The notes under the pieces were generated by a model. That model was not told where the DNA came from. It saw only the letters and a program-made list of their open reading frames with translations, and made no database searches. This document shows positions 19,166 to 29,241 of a DNA stretch of 64,000 bases, piece after piece. This DNA comes from Thermodesulfobacteriota bacterium. GTDB taxonomy: Bacteria; Desulfobacterota; Desulfarculia; JACQYL01. A program made the position numbers and the translations under genes. Numbering within the stretch: the first letter of the stretch is position 1; each line of letters starts with the position of its first letter. Location: NCBI GenBank assembly GCA_963675595.2, contig CAXXLZ010000001.1, positions 800,001 to 864,000 on the forward strand. The letters run 5' to 3'.

Positions 19166-21058
19166 TCAGGTATTATCCGATCCTGATGAAGATGAGGATT
19201 GAGACGGACTCGTTTCCTCGCCGTTGGACGGATGGTAACTTCCTATGAGGCTTCGGAGAGTTTCGATTACTCGTTCGTCGTCCTCTCTCGTTGCCGCCGC
19301 GATGAGTTGATCCACCAGCTTCTCAAAAGCCTCGGTCGGACCGGGGCTGCAAGCAATGAGGATTTTTTCGCTTACCTTATGAGTACTCTCTTCCGCTTCG
19401 GTCAGCAGCTCTTCGAACAACTTCTCTCCAGGCCGCAGCCCTGTGAACACGATGGGAATGTCTAGATCGGGGACATGGCCGGACATGGTAATCATATGCC
19501 TGGCCAAGTCCAGGATTCGAATCTGTTCTCCCATGTCTAGAATACAGAGTTCGCCGTAATCTCCGTAGGCTGCTTGGAGGACAAGTCCCACGGCCTCACG
19601 CGTGGTCATGAAGTATCTTCGAACCTCGGGGTGGGTGACCGTGACCGGTCCGCGGAACGCAATTTGTTCCCGGAAAATGGGCACAACCGAACCCGAGGAC
19701 CCCAGAACGTTCCCGAAGCGAACCACACTGAACTTGGTTCCGGATTCTCTGGCCATGGACCGAACAACCCCTTCGCTCACGCGTTTCGTTGCGCCCATGA
19801 CGCTCGTGGGACGGACCGCCTTATCCGTGGAGATGAATGTGAACCGTTCGGCCTCCGATGACCGAGCTGCGTGCGCAGTCACTTGGGTTCCGTAAACATT
19901 GTTCTTCACAGCCACGCTGGGTGCGGCTTCCATCAAGGGCACGTGCTTATGAGCCGCCGCGTGGAAAACATCCTGCGGCTTGAACTCTTCGAATATCCGG
20001 TTGATTCGTACCTCGTCCCGAATGTCCGCAACGACCGACACAATTCGAGCGTCGGGGAACTCCCGTTCGAATGAGCGTTGCTGCATGTATAAGGAGTTTT
20101 CGTTGATATCGAGCATAATCAGGGTATCTGCTTCATTAACAAGTAACTGCCGACAAATTTCACTTCCGATGGAACCGGCGGCCCCGGTCACAAGCACGCG
20201 CCTGCCGCGGATCATGTCTGCGGTACCCGTCTTACCCAGGTCCACTTCATCTCTTTGTAGGAGGTCTTCAGGGGTCAAATCGGAAAGGAGGGGGGTTCTC
20301 GAGGGTTCTTGGAGATAAACGTAGGACACCGGAAGTATTTTGAATCGGACATGCAGGTTCGCGCAGATGGAAAGGAGTTCGCGAATGCTTCGGGCCGGGA
20401 GCCTCGGGATGGCGATAAGCAGCATGTGAATGGAGTGAGCCTTGATGAGTTTGGGCAGGTCGGCAATGGAGCCGAAGACGGGTCTGCCTCCAATGTAAGT
20501 TCCGTGTTTGCCCCGGTCGTCATCCACAAAGCCTATGACCCGGTACATATGTGCTTTAGAGCGCATTAGGTCTCTCAGGAGTTGTTCGCCCGTACCGCCT
20601 GCGCCGAGTATGAGACATCTTATGGCGTTTTCGTTCCGTGAAAGGGACCTCTCAACCACAAAGAGGTGCGCAATTCTGGGTGAGAAACGGACGAGTCCCA
20701 TTAATGAAGCACTCAAAAGCATCTCGATAATAATGACCGAGCGTGGAATCCAATCGCCCCGTCCAGGGCCCAGACCGATTCTGGAGATAAACAGCATGGT
20801 CAGGAAAAGGCCGGAACCGAAGATGGATGCAATGCCAACGCGAATGGCGTCGGGAAAGCCGGAAAAACGAAACGACCATCGGTGCAACCTGAGGAGATAA
20901 TTCGCTGAAAGCCTCGAAATTACTAACAGAATCACCAAGGCGGGGAACGCTGCGAGGTACGGAGGTGGTAGATAACCTTCAAACCTGATGATTAAAGAAA
21001 GCCAAAGGCCTAGTACCGCTATTAGGGAGTCTAAGATAACGACCAGAAGAATTTTCAT
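19166..21058 (-). CDS. Membrane-bound UDP-GlcNAc 4,6-dehydratase (CapD/PglF/WbpM family)
   Basis: N-terminal TMs; TGAAGSIG, HAAAHKHVPLME, STDKAV, MGATK, RFGNVLGSSGS, GEKL. Confidence 0.93.
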   Translation of the reverse strand: MKILLVVILDSLIAVLGLWLSLIIRFEGYLPPPYLAAFPALVILLVISRLSANYLLRLHRWSFRFSGFPDAIRVGIASIFGSGLFLTMLFISRIGLGPGRGDWIPRSVIIIEMLLSASLMGLVRFSPRIAHLFVVERSLSRNENAIRCLILGAGGTGEQLLRDLMRSKAHMYRVIGFVDDDRGKHGTYIGGRPVFGSIADLPKLIKAHSIHMLLIAIPRLPARSIRELLSICANLHVRFKILPVSYVYLQEPSRTPLLSDLTPEDLLQRDEVDLGKTGTADMIRGRRVLVTGAAGSIGSEICRQLLVNEADTLIMLDINENSLYMQQRSFEREFPDARIVSVVADIRDEVRINRIFEEFKPQDVFHAAAHKHVPLMEAAPSVAVKNNVYGTQVTAHAARSSEAERFTFISTDKAVRPTSVMGATKRVSEGVVRSMARESGTKFSVVRFGNVLGSSGSVVPIFREQIAFRGPVTVTHPEVRRYFMTTREAVGLVLQAAYGDYGELCILDMGEQIRILDLARHMITMSGHVPDLDIPIVFTGLRPGEKLFEELLTEAEESTHKVSEKILIACSPGPTEAFEKLVDQLIAAATREDDERVIETLRSLIGSYHPSNGEETSPSQSSSSSGSDNT

Positions 21059-21335
21059 TTACCGCTTTCACTGTACCGACATGTCGAATCAAGGCTGGAT
21101 CGCGGGACTCAGCCCATGCAGCCGCTTCGGTATCGGATGAATGTGTCGAATGGGAGCGACGGTCCTCCGAGAAGACCGCCTTCGGAACACGCGGTTGCGG
21201 CGGATCGGACTTACGAAACGTGAGACGTTTGAGTCGCAATCCGTAAATAAGCACCATGTGCTCCGCGAGCCGAATTTTCTTGCCTGTTGTGTGTATCGGC
21301 ATAGGTGTTTAACCTGCGGCGGGCGATGTCGGAAG

Positions 21336-22514
21336 TCAGCTACGAACCTCGAGCGATTCATTTATGGTGTCGCAAATGAAGTCGACCTCATCCCTTCCGA
21401 GACCTGGATAAATGGGCAACGACAAGCATCCCCTCCATATCTTTTCGGCATTGGGAAAATGATCCGGTAGTAGATGATATCTGTCCCGGTAATAGGTCAT
21501 TCTATGCAAGGGCTTGTAATGAACCGAAGTGCCGACGCCCTTCTCGGCCAGCTTGTTCATCAGCTCTTCGCGGGATATCGGGGCGGATTCTTTCAGCACA
21601 ATCACGAATAGATGCCAGGCATGCCAGGATGGGTCCTTGTCGCCCGTGATGAGATCCAGGTGCTCGTTCGTCGAGAGTCGCTCCATGTATTGCCTGGCAC
21701 AACGCTCTCTATCGTCCCTTCTTTCGGACACATATTCGAGTTGCGCCAAGCCGATGGCCGCGTTGACGTCCGGCATGTTATATTTGTATCCTGGCGCAAC
21801 GACGTCATATTCCCAGGAAGACTGCGTGGAGGTATATCTGCTCCATACGTCCCGGTCAATGCCGTGAAGTCTCATGATCTTTGCCCGTTTCCAAACGCAC
21901 TCGTCGTTCGTAACGAGCATTCCGCCTTCACCGGTGGTCAGTGTTTTGTTCGCATAGAAACTGAAACAGGTCACGTCGCCGAAAGTGCCGACGAAGTCGT
22001 TTCCGATTCGTGTCGGAAGGGCGTGGGCCGCGTCTTCAACGATACGGACTCCATGCTGGCGACAGATGTCCAGTATCCCCCGCTCGTGCCCCGTGGAGAC
22101 CATTTCCGCGGCATTACCGCCGAAGTGAACAAGCACGAGATACCGGACATCGGGGTGCGCCGCAAGGGACCTCAACAGAATTTGGGGTGATATGTTGGCG
22201 GTTTCGTATTCGACGTCGAGGAAAACCGGGTCCGCACCCAAATACCGAATGACCTCCGCAGTGGCCGTGAATGTGAAACTGGGGACGAAGACCCTATCTC
22301 CGGGCCGGATCCCAATCGCTTCCAGCCCAAGATGAAGAGCCGCGGTGCACGAGTTTACTGAACAAGCGAATCGGGAACCCACAAGCTTTGTGAACTTGTC
22401 TTCAAATGCAACCGCTTTTGGTCCCGTTGTGAGCCAGCCACACTCGAAAGCCTCGCGGACGTACTTTAGTTCATTTCTATTATAAGCCGTTCTGAAAAAG
22501 GGTATTTTTCTCAC
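21336..22514 (-). CDS. DegT/DnrJ/EryC1/StrS sugar aminotransferase
   Basis: NSCTAALH, EDAAH, SFYANKTLTTGEGG. Confidence 0.92.
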   Translation of the reverse strand: MRKIPFFRTAYNRNELKYVREAFECGWLTTGPKAVAFEDKFTKLVGSRFACSVNSCTAALHLGLEAIGIRPGDRVFVPSFTFTATAEVIRYLGADPVFLDVEYETANISPQILLRSLAAHPDVRYLVLVHFGGNAAEMVSTGHERGILDICRQHGVRIVEDAAHALPTRIGNDFVGTFGDVTCFSFYANKTLTTGEGGMLVTNDECVWKRAKIMRLHGIDRDVWSRYTSTQSSWEYDVVAPGYKYNMPDVNAAIGLAQLEYVSERRDDRERCARQYMERLSTNEHLDLITGDKDPSWHAWHLFVIVLKESAPISREELMNKLAEKGVGTSVHYKPLHRMTYYRDRYHLLPDHFPNAEKIWRGCLSLPIYPGLGRDEVDFICDTINESLEVRS

Positions 22515-22554
22515 TGTGGAAATCCAATCCCTCCATGAAAGCGTGGAGTTTGGT

Positions 22555-23169
22555 CTAAGCCTTTATGAGCGCAGTCACAGTACGTGCCAGTATTTCTATG
22601 TCCTTGGACAAAGAGATGTTTTCTATGTACGCTTCGTACAAATCGAGCTTGTGAGGAAGCTGGACCTGTCTGTAGTAAATTGTCGGATCAAGCTGCTCTT
22701 CTAACAAACTCTCTTCATTTCTGAAAGTTACCGATGCAAGATCGGTAATTCCGGGGGTGACCTGGAGAACTCGTGCCCATCTTTCAGGATAGACGGCAAT
22801 CCACTGTGGTACTTCCGGTCTTGGTCCGACAAGCGACATATCTCCTTTGAACACGTTCCATAGCTGTGGCAACTCATCAAGCTTCAGCTTCCTTAAGGCC
22901 TTTCCGCACCTTGTGACACGGGCACCACATCCCACGTCAAAGGAGCCGGACTCCGTTCCCTTGACAACGCGCATGGTCCTGTACTTGTAAATGAAAAAAG
23001 GTTTACCGCATCGCCCAATTCGCAATTGTCTGAACAAAACGGGAAGTCCGTCGAACGAATACACTATTCCCGCCAGCGCCACAAGAAAGGGCAACAGACC
23101 AGCTAGTGCGGCGGCCGAAAATATGACATCAAGATAACGTTTAAAGGTAATGTATTTCAACGTCTCCAT
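22555..23169 (-). CDS. Initiating phosphoglycosyl transferase (PglC/WbaP C-terminal family)
   Basis: KRYLD, YKYRTM, LDELPQLWNV.KGDMSLVGPRPE, PGIT; start could be as far up as 23244. Confidence 0.9.
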   Translation of the reverse strand: METLKYITFKRYLDVIFSAAALAGLLPFLVALAGIVYSFDGLPVLFRQLRIGRCGKPFFIYKYRTMRVVKGTESGSFDVGCGARVTRCGKALRKLKLDELPQLWNVFKGDMSLVGPRPEVPQWIAVYPERWARVLQVTPGITDLASVTFRNEESLLEEQLDPTIYYRQVQLPHKLDLYEAYIENISLSKDIEILARTVTALIKA

Positions 23170-23240
23170 GTCCACGAAACCGATGGCCTGGAATGCCGTT
23201 ATCAGTTTTTGCACGGAAAGCGGTCGCTTCCTGAATACGT

Positions 23241-24359
23241 TCAACCGATGCCGGAAAAAAGACTTTCCAATTTCTTAGCAGGGACGGCATGATCTGTAAA
23301 CAGATTTACCGTGTGTCGGCAGGCGTTTTCGGAGCATGGACACGATCCAGCGATATATCCCCATTTTTCAAGCCCTCTGGTGAGAGGGTGGAGAGGAGAA
23401 ATAAACCAGTCCCCCAGAGGCACCTTTAGATGCATCGCTTTATCGAGAACTTTCTTCTTATTCGGCACTGCCACCGGATAGCGAAGCATCCCATGCAAAG
23501 CATACTCGGGCTGGCGGGGACGTTCAATACCTTTGATCTTCGAGAGAATATCATCGTAGTAAGCGGCGACCCTCCTTCGATGTTTCAGCGCTTGATCTAT
23601 CGCTGCAAGCCGGCTCATGAACAGGCGTTTTTGTCGCGAACCCATCGTAAGCTCGTATAAAGGGGGCATGTCGGTGGTTGTGAGTTCACGATTCGTGGAG
23701 GAGCCCACGGACAAACCCCATTCCTGCGTGAGAAAGCGATAGCAACGGATTAGAGGATAGTGAAGTTCGGGTTTATCGGCAAGGGGTCTCAGCAGAACTT
23801 GAAGAAGGAGAAGCGCCTCTCGTGCGAAAGTAGGTGAAGCGAAGGATGCTAAAACAGCCTTGATACGAGCAGCGAGAAGCGGGTCGGACGTGGTGGCGAG
23901 CCCCCCCAGTCCTGTGCTTATGGGTTTGGACCATTGGCTCGAGAAGAACGCGGCATGGGTCAATGTGCCGCAATTTCGACCGCGATAGGAGGAGCCAAGT
24001 CCGTGAGCGCAGTCTTCGATCACCGGAACTCGACGTCTTTCCGCGAGTTCTAGAATCGGCTCGAGGTCGGGCGAAAGTCCGAATGTGTTTTGAACCAGAA
24101 TCGCTTTGGTCTTGGCCGTTAGAACGCGCGCGACAGTGGACGCGGTTACGTTGTAGGTATCCGGGTCGATGTCCGCGTAGACCGGGTTGGCGCCGGTGTA
24201 GACCACCGCACTGGGGACGACGAAGCAGGTAAAGCCGGGGACCACGACGTCGTCGCCCGAGCCCACCTCCATTGCTCTCAATATGGCGTTGAGTGCGGCG
24301 CGTCCTTTCCAAAACCAAAATAACTGAGTCCCTTCCGGGAAGTAGCTCTGGTCGGTCAA
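23241..24359 (-). CDS. Second DegT/DnrJ-family aminotransferase
   Basis: VPGFTC, ADID, EDCAH, FSSQWSKP; TTG start overlaps the sulfotransferase stop (TTGA). Confidence 0.85.
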   Translation of the reverse strand: MTDQSYFPEGTQLFWFWKGRAALNAILRAMEVGSGDDVVVPGFTCFVVPSAVVYTGANPVYADIDPDTYNVTASTVARVLTAKTKAILVQNTFGLSPDLEPILELAERRRVPVIEDCAHGLGSSYRGRNCGTLTHAAFFSSQWSKPISTGLGGLATTSDPLLAARIKAVLASFASPTFAREALLLLQVLLRPLADKPELHYPLIRCYRFLTQEWGLSVGSSTNRELTTTDMPPLYELTMGSRQKRLFMSRLAAIDQALKHRRRVAAYYDDILSKIKGIERPRQPEYALHGMLRYPVAVPNKKKVLDKAMHLKVPLGDWFISPLHPLTRGLEKWGYIAGSCPCSENACRHTVNLFTDHAVPAKKLESLFSGIG

Positions 24360-25222
24360 TCGGAATACCCCAGCTGCTTCAAAGTGGCGTCGAGGCGGCG
24401 GGTCAGTGCCGCTTGCTCTATGGGCGTGAGTGAGCTTCGCCACCGGCCCACGGTGTTTGTCCTGATTTGGGAATCCGGGAAAGACTCCGTATCCGTGGTG
24501 GCAGTGAGGCCGGCTCTTGAAAAGAGAGTGTCTATTTCCACCGCGGGCTTGAAGACCAAATTCTCGAAGAGAATGGTGGCCTTTTGCTCCTTGGGAATGC
24601 ATTCGAGTCCGCTGATTGCGGCCTCCACACAAGTACGCCACTGAATAGCGCAAACTTCCAGCAAAGAGTGATTTCTGCGCAGGTCCGAAAGGCCTAAAAA
24701 ACGCGGCCCCCAAGAGGATTGCTCCCCGTTACCGAACCGAAGTCGGCTGGCTTGGAAGGACAGATATCGCATGGCATAATAAAGCATATCCCCCAAGGGA
24801 ACCCATCTTGCCTTCTCCAATAGGTAGCCGGGTTGCGGGCGAGACCGCCACCTCGCTCTGGCGGACTCGGCAACGGCCCTGCCATCGCGAATGATGTGAA
24901 CAAAAAAAGCATCGGGGAAAATCTTGTAAACAAAAGGAACGCGAAGGCAATTGGCCACGGTCTTTTCAACCACCCGAAAACGTCCGTGCTTCCTCGAAAA
25001 CGCCCGAAAACGATCCCGGATATACCGGACCACTTCAGGGCGGGCATGCTCGGGCAATAGCTCGTCGGTGGGATACCCGGCGTTGTGGTGGCGCCAAATA
25101 TAGTTGATTTCTCTAGGAAAACAAACGGTGTTTTCGGCGGTGCCGAGAACACTCCTCAATAGTTTTGTGCCAGAACGGCCAGCACCGATTATAATGATGG
25201 GAGTATCGCTAAAGGTTGTCAT
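24356..25222 (-). CDS. Sulfotransferase
   Basis: 5'-PSB IGAGRSGTK, EKT, 3'-PB HIIRDGRAVAES. Confidence 0.88.
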   Translation of the reverse strand: MTTFSDTPIIIIGAGRSGTKLLRSVLGTAENTVCFPREINYIWRHHNAGYPTDELLPEHARPEVVRYIRDRFRAFSRKHGRFRVVEKTVANCLRVPFVYKIFPDAFFVHIIRDGRAVAESARARWRSRPQPGYLLEKARWVPLGDMLYYAMRYLSFQASRLRFGNGEQSSWGPRFLGLSDLRRNHSLLEVCAIQWRTCVEAAISGLECIPKEQKATILFENLVFKPAVEIDTLFSRAGLTATTDTESFPDSQIRTNTVGRWRSSLTPIEQAALTRRLDATLKQLGYSD

Positions 25223-25356
25223 AAGTAGTCCAATTATATCTCATCTGATGGATATCGGCCCTTCATCCATGCAATCATACCAAACGAATATAATAAATAT
25301 ATGATTGCATCGGCATCTAAGGACAATTTATTCGGATATTATGACGATCGCGTACC

Positions 25357-26496
25357 TTATAATGGTAGTCCAAGCTCTCTATAGACTTCCAAGTGTCTTG
25401 AGGTAACAACGGATTCATCGAACTCTTTAGTGACCCACTCACGTCCCCTTTGCCCCATTTGCGCTCGTCTATTCGAATCATCCATGAGAGCCAGGATGGA
25501 GGCAGCCAGCGCATCGGCATTCCTTGGAGGCACCAATAGTCCGGTCACCTCATTCAATATCGATTCACGACATCCGGCCACATCAGTGGTAATAACGGGA
25601 ACTCCGCATGCCGCAGCCTCGAGATTGGTTCTAGGCATGCCCTCCCTGTACGAGGGTGACACGAAGATGTCCACCGATCGCAGCACTTTGGCGGGGTCGG
25701 AGAGGTATCCGAGATATTCCACTACTCCTCTGTCAACATACGGTTGCAGGTACTCGATCGGCACCGAGTCAGGGTGCGTCGGGTCGGACTCTCCGGCGAT
25801 TTGGAAGGACACGGCACCGTTTGGGCGTACAGTTTTGCAGAGTTCGGCGGCCTCGAGGAACTCCTTTACCCCCTTCTGGACGAGCAACCTTGCGATCATG
25901 AGAACCTTGATCGGGCGATTCGGCGGAAGCTCTTTTTTGGGGGTGAAATTCTTGGTTCTGATACCGGAACTCTTGATGATTCTTGACTCTTCAGTCTTCA
26001 CAATGCCTTCTCGTACGAACAGTTCCATATCATCAGTATTCTGAAATATAGTCATATGACCCATTCTGAGTGTGAGCCGATACGTAGTGAAGAGAAGTAA
26101 CCGTTTGTAATACCCGGAATCTATTGCGTATCCAAGCCCTGTAATAGTATTTACCAATTTTGCATCTGAAATAAACCTACCTACGAATGATCCTATGGCA
26201 ATAGGTTTGAGATTAAATTGGTGAATAAGCTTTGGCTTGAATTTGTTAATTACGTTAATCAATTTGAGTATGGTACGATATTCTCGTTCAAACTTAACTC
26301 CATACCTGTTAAAATTGATATCGATAAAAATAATTCCACAATCTATTAAACGTATTGAGTATGAATCTGAGCTAGCTACAGCTACAACAACCCATCCAAT
26401 ATCTTTGAGATAATTCATCAGAGAAAGTCTTGATTGAGATAAAGCGAAAGATCGATTGGCAACAAATAAAGCCGTATTCAGATGGTGGTTATTCAT
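25357..26496 (-). CDS. Glycosyltransferase family 4 (PglA/CapM-like)
   Basis: TITGLG, FQNTDD, ARLLVQKG, SYREGMPRTNLEAAACG. Confidence 0.9.
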   Translation of the reverse strand: MNNHHLNTALFVANRSFALSQSRLSLMNYLKDIGWVVVAVASSDSYSIRLIDCGIIFIDINFNRYGVKFEREYRTILKLINVINKFKPKLIHQFNLKPIAIGSFVGRFISDAKLVNTITGLGYAIDSGYYKRLLLFTTYRLTLRMGHMTIFQNTDDMELFVREGIVKTEESRIIKSSGIRTKNFTPKKELPPNRPIKVLMIARLLVQKGVKEFLEAAELCKTVRPNGAVSFQIAGESDPTHPDSVPIEYLQPYVDRGVVEYLGYLSDPAKVLRSVDIFVSPSYREGMPRTNLEAAACGVPVITTDVAGCRESILNEVTGLLVPPRNADALAASILALMDDSNRRAQMGQRGREWVTKEFDESVVTSRHLEVYRELGLPL

Positions 26497-26939
26497 TACT
26501 TGGGTTAACCTTTCGAGAACGGCAAGCCCCTCAAAAGGGCTATGGCTGCCGTGTCATCAACCTGTGTGCGTATATTATCAGCAAATGAGACAATGATCAT
26601 AAGGAACTGAATCGAAAAGCAAGGGCTATGAATTGAATAGGTGAACAAGCGAACATAGCCGCCGGAATCCGGGTTGGGCAAACGCTGCGTGTTCACAGGA
26701 TGGCCGGGGGGAACAACATCACTCCGGTCACTCCGGTCGAAGGTTTTCGTCATCCCCGAGATCCAGTAACCTGCTGTTCTCATAGAAGACACGATCCCGG
26801 TTGCGACGCGCAAGCAAACACTACCCCTAAAGGTGTCACCACCGGAATTAAATGTCATGTAAACGCCGGAATGAAATGTCCTCCCAGATGAGCGAAAGGT
26901 ATTACCTTCAGCGCAACGAGAAAGAGCTGGAGGTGGCCG

Positions 26940-28127
26940 ATGCTCAAGAAGGAGGACTGGGTGGAAATCAGAACACAAGTTGAGAGAGGCGTCTACAAGA
27001 AAGACGTGGCGGAGAAGCTGGGAGTGCATCCACGGACCGTCAGCAGGGCCCTGGAACGCGGAGGAGCACCGACGGGAAGGAAAAGCGTCGTCCGAGGAAA
27101 CAAGCTGGACCCCTTCAAACCGGTGATCGACGGATTGCTCCGGGAGGGCGTTTGGAACGCGATGGTGATTCTGCGAGAGATCCAGGCGCGGGGTTACAGA
27201 GGCGGCATCACCATTTTGAGGGCGTATATTCACCCGAAGCGTCCCTTGAGGCGGAGCCGGGCCACGGTACGATTCGAGACCGGTCCGGGCGAGCAGCTGC
27301 AAAACGATTGGGGAGAGTTGATCACCACGGTGGCCGGAACTCCTCGAAAGGTCTTTTTCAACGTAAGCACTCTGGGCTTTTCCCGTCGCTTCTTTTTCTG
27401 GTGTTCGGAAAGAAACGATTCCGAGCACACCTACGAAGGACTGATTCGCGCCTTCGAGTACTTCGGCGGAGCAACCCGGGAGGTGCTGGTGGATAACCTC
27501 AAGGCGGCGGTGATCAGTCACAGGATCGGGGAGAGCGTTCGGTTCAATGAGCGATTCGTCGACTTGGCCGGGCACTATGGTTTCAACCCAAAGGCCTGTC
27601 GGCCTCGGAGAGCACGGACCAAAGGCAAAGACGAACGGATGGTGGGATATGCCAAGCACCACTTCTTTGTCCGTTACCGCGAGTTCGAGAGCTTCGACCA
27701 AATGAACGAGTTGGCCGAGCAATGGCTGAGAGACGAAGCCGACAAGAGGCTTCACGGTACGGTCAAGGAAATCGTGATCGAGCGGTTCGGCCGGGAGGCG
27801 GAGCACCTCAAACCTCTTCCCGCCCGGCGTTATGACACTTCCTATGTGGAACACCGTTCGGTCCATTGGGACGGCTATATCGACGTTCTGGGCAACCGCT
27901 ACAGCGTGCCTTCCGAATATTGCGGTCAAACGGTGAGAATACGCATCGGCCTGAACGGAGAGCTTCGGGTCTATGCCGGGGAGTGCATGGTGGCCGAGCA
28001 CACCCTGCGAAGCACCGCCGAGGGCTGGGTGAAGGTCCCCTCCCATCATGCGGAACTGTGGCGTGACGCTCTTCAAGTCCAACGAAGGGACCTCTCCGTC
28101 TATGAGGAGGTGGGCCGATGGAATTAG
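26940..28127 (+). CDS. istA: IS21 transposase IstA
   Basis: N-terminal HTH; RFETGPGEQLQNDW, DNLK, TKGKDER. Confidence 0.93.
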   Translation: MLKKEDWVEIRTQVERGVYKKDVAEKLGVHPRTVSRALERGGAPTGRKSVVRGNKLDPFKPVIDGLLREGVWNAMVILREIQARGYRGGITILRAYIHPKRPLRRSRATVRFETGPGEQLQNDWGELITTVAGTPRKVFFNVSTLGFSRRFFFWCSERNDSEHTYEGLIRAFEYFGGATREVLVDNLKAAVISHRIGESVRFNERFVDLAGHYGFNPKACRPRRARTKGKDERMVGYAKHHFFVRYREFESFDQMNELAEQWLRDEADKRLHGTVKEIVIERFGREAEHLKPLPARRYDTSYVEHRSVHWDGYIDVLGNRYSVPSEYCGQTVRIRIGLNGELRVYAGECMVAEHTLRSTAEGWVKVPSHHAELWRDALQVQRRDLSVYEEVGRWN

Positions 28128-28906
28128 CCCGACTCCTCGAGAAAATGAAGATGGAGCACCTTCTGATGCAGATCGACGCCGTATGTGAGCAGGCGTCCAA
28201 GAAGGACCTCCCTTACCGGGAGTTTCTCACCGAAGCTCTTCAGACCGAGTGGAGGGGTCGACGCACCAAGGCCGTGGAAGCCCGGCTCAAGATGGCGCGG
28301 TTTCCCTGGGTGAAGACCCTCGATCAATTTGATTTTCTCTTCCAACCAAGCATTGATCGGAAGGTGATTCGCGAACTCGGCGGACTCTCCTTCGTGGATC
28401 GGGCGGAAAACGTCATCTTGTTGGGTCCTCCCGGAGTGGGCAAGACCCACCTGGCCATCGCCCTCGGGGTCAAGGCCGTTGAGGCCGGCTATCGGGTCCT
28501 GTTCCTCACGCTGGAATCCATGCTGACCCGATTGAGCCGGGCCAGGATGGAGAACCGTGCGGAGAGGCAACTCCAGCAGTTCGTCTATCCCAAGCTGCTC
28601 ATCATCGACGAAATGGGATATCTGCCCATGAGCCGGGACGAGGCGGGGCTTTTCTTCCGGCTCCTCACCAGAAGATATGAGAGGGCCTCCCTGATCGTCA
28701 CGTCCAACAAGAGCTTCGTGGACTGGGGAGAAATCTTCAACGATCAAGTCCTGGCCACGGCCATCCTGGACCGGCTTCTGCATCACTGCACCACCCTCAA
28801 CATCAAGGGGGAAAGCTACAGACTCAAGGAGAAGCGCAAAGCGGGCCTCGTGGGTTCCACACACGGCGCCGACATCACGGAAGCTCAAACCTCCGACGCG
28901 GCTTAG
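28118..28906 (+). CDS. istB: IS21 helper ATPase IstB
   Basis: Walker A GPPGVGKT, Walker B IIDE, LDRLLHH. Confidence 0.94.
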   Translation: MELARLLEKMKMEHLLMQIDAVCEQASKKDLPYREFLTEALQTEWRGRRTKAVEARLKMARFPWVKTLDQFDFLFQPSIDRKVIRELGGLSFVDRAENVILLGPPGVGKTHLAIALGVKAVEAGYRVLFLTLESMLTRLSRARMENRAERQLQQFVYPKLLIIDEMGYLPMSRDEAGLFFRLLTRRYERASLIVTSNKSFVDWGEIFNDQVLATAILDRLLHHCTTLNIKGESYRLKEKRKAGLVGSTHGADITEAQTSDAA

Positions 28907-29177
28907 CCGCATGGCGAGTAACCGACTCGCGGAAGGCGCGAAGCCGCAATGTCGGGCGAGCGGGAGAAGCGGCACCCCATAAGTGCCGCGCCGCTCGCGC
29001 AGAGACATTGCCGGCGGAAGCGCCGGGCGGTTCCCCGCTCTCAATGCCCGGCGAAGCAACCGCCATCCCGAGTCGTCGGACCCATATCAACCCAATGAAA
29101 CCGTTGTTTAGTGGACATTTTATCCCGGCGTTTTGTGGACAAAATCAGGTGGCCTTGACAAAGGCTCCGGTCGAAGG

Positions 29178-29211
29178 TGCGGGGTAACTTTTTTCAGAGG
29201 GTTGCCCCGCA
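29178..29211. terminator. GC-rich hairpin downstream of asnB, possible terminator or processing stem
   Basis: TGCGGGGTAAC ... GTTGCCCCGCA inverted repeat 30 bp past the asnB stop; no clear U-tract on the minus strand. Confidence 0.35.
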
Positions 29212-29241
29212 TGCTGCATGAATGAAAGCAGCAGACTATGT

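Larger units (their letters stand above)
26834..29160 (+). mobile_element. IS21-family element, complete
   Basis: Ends TGTCA...TGACA, repeated subterminal motifs (CCGGAAT.AAATGTC), 4-bp target duplication AAGG, istA-istB. Confidence 0.92.

Noticed and set aside
23241-24713. 490-aa aminotransferase as called in the ORF track
   Set aside because: The first ~118 codons overlap the sulfotransferase; TTG at 24359 is the more plausible start
26505-28082. Long antisense ORFs over transposases and GC-rich genes (also 32548..33972, 57900..59387, 4236..5237)
   Set aside because: Shadow frames of well-supported genes on the opposite strand
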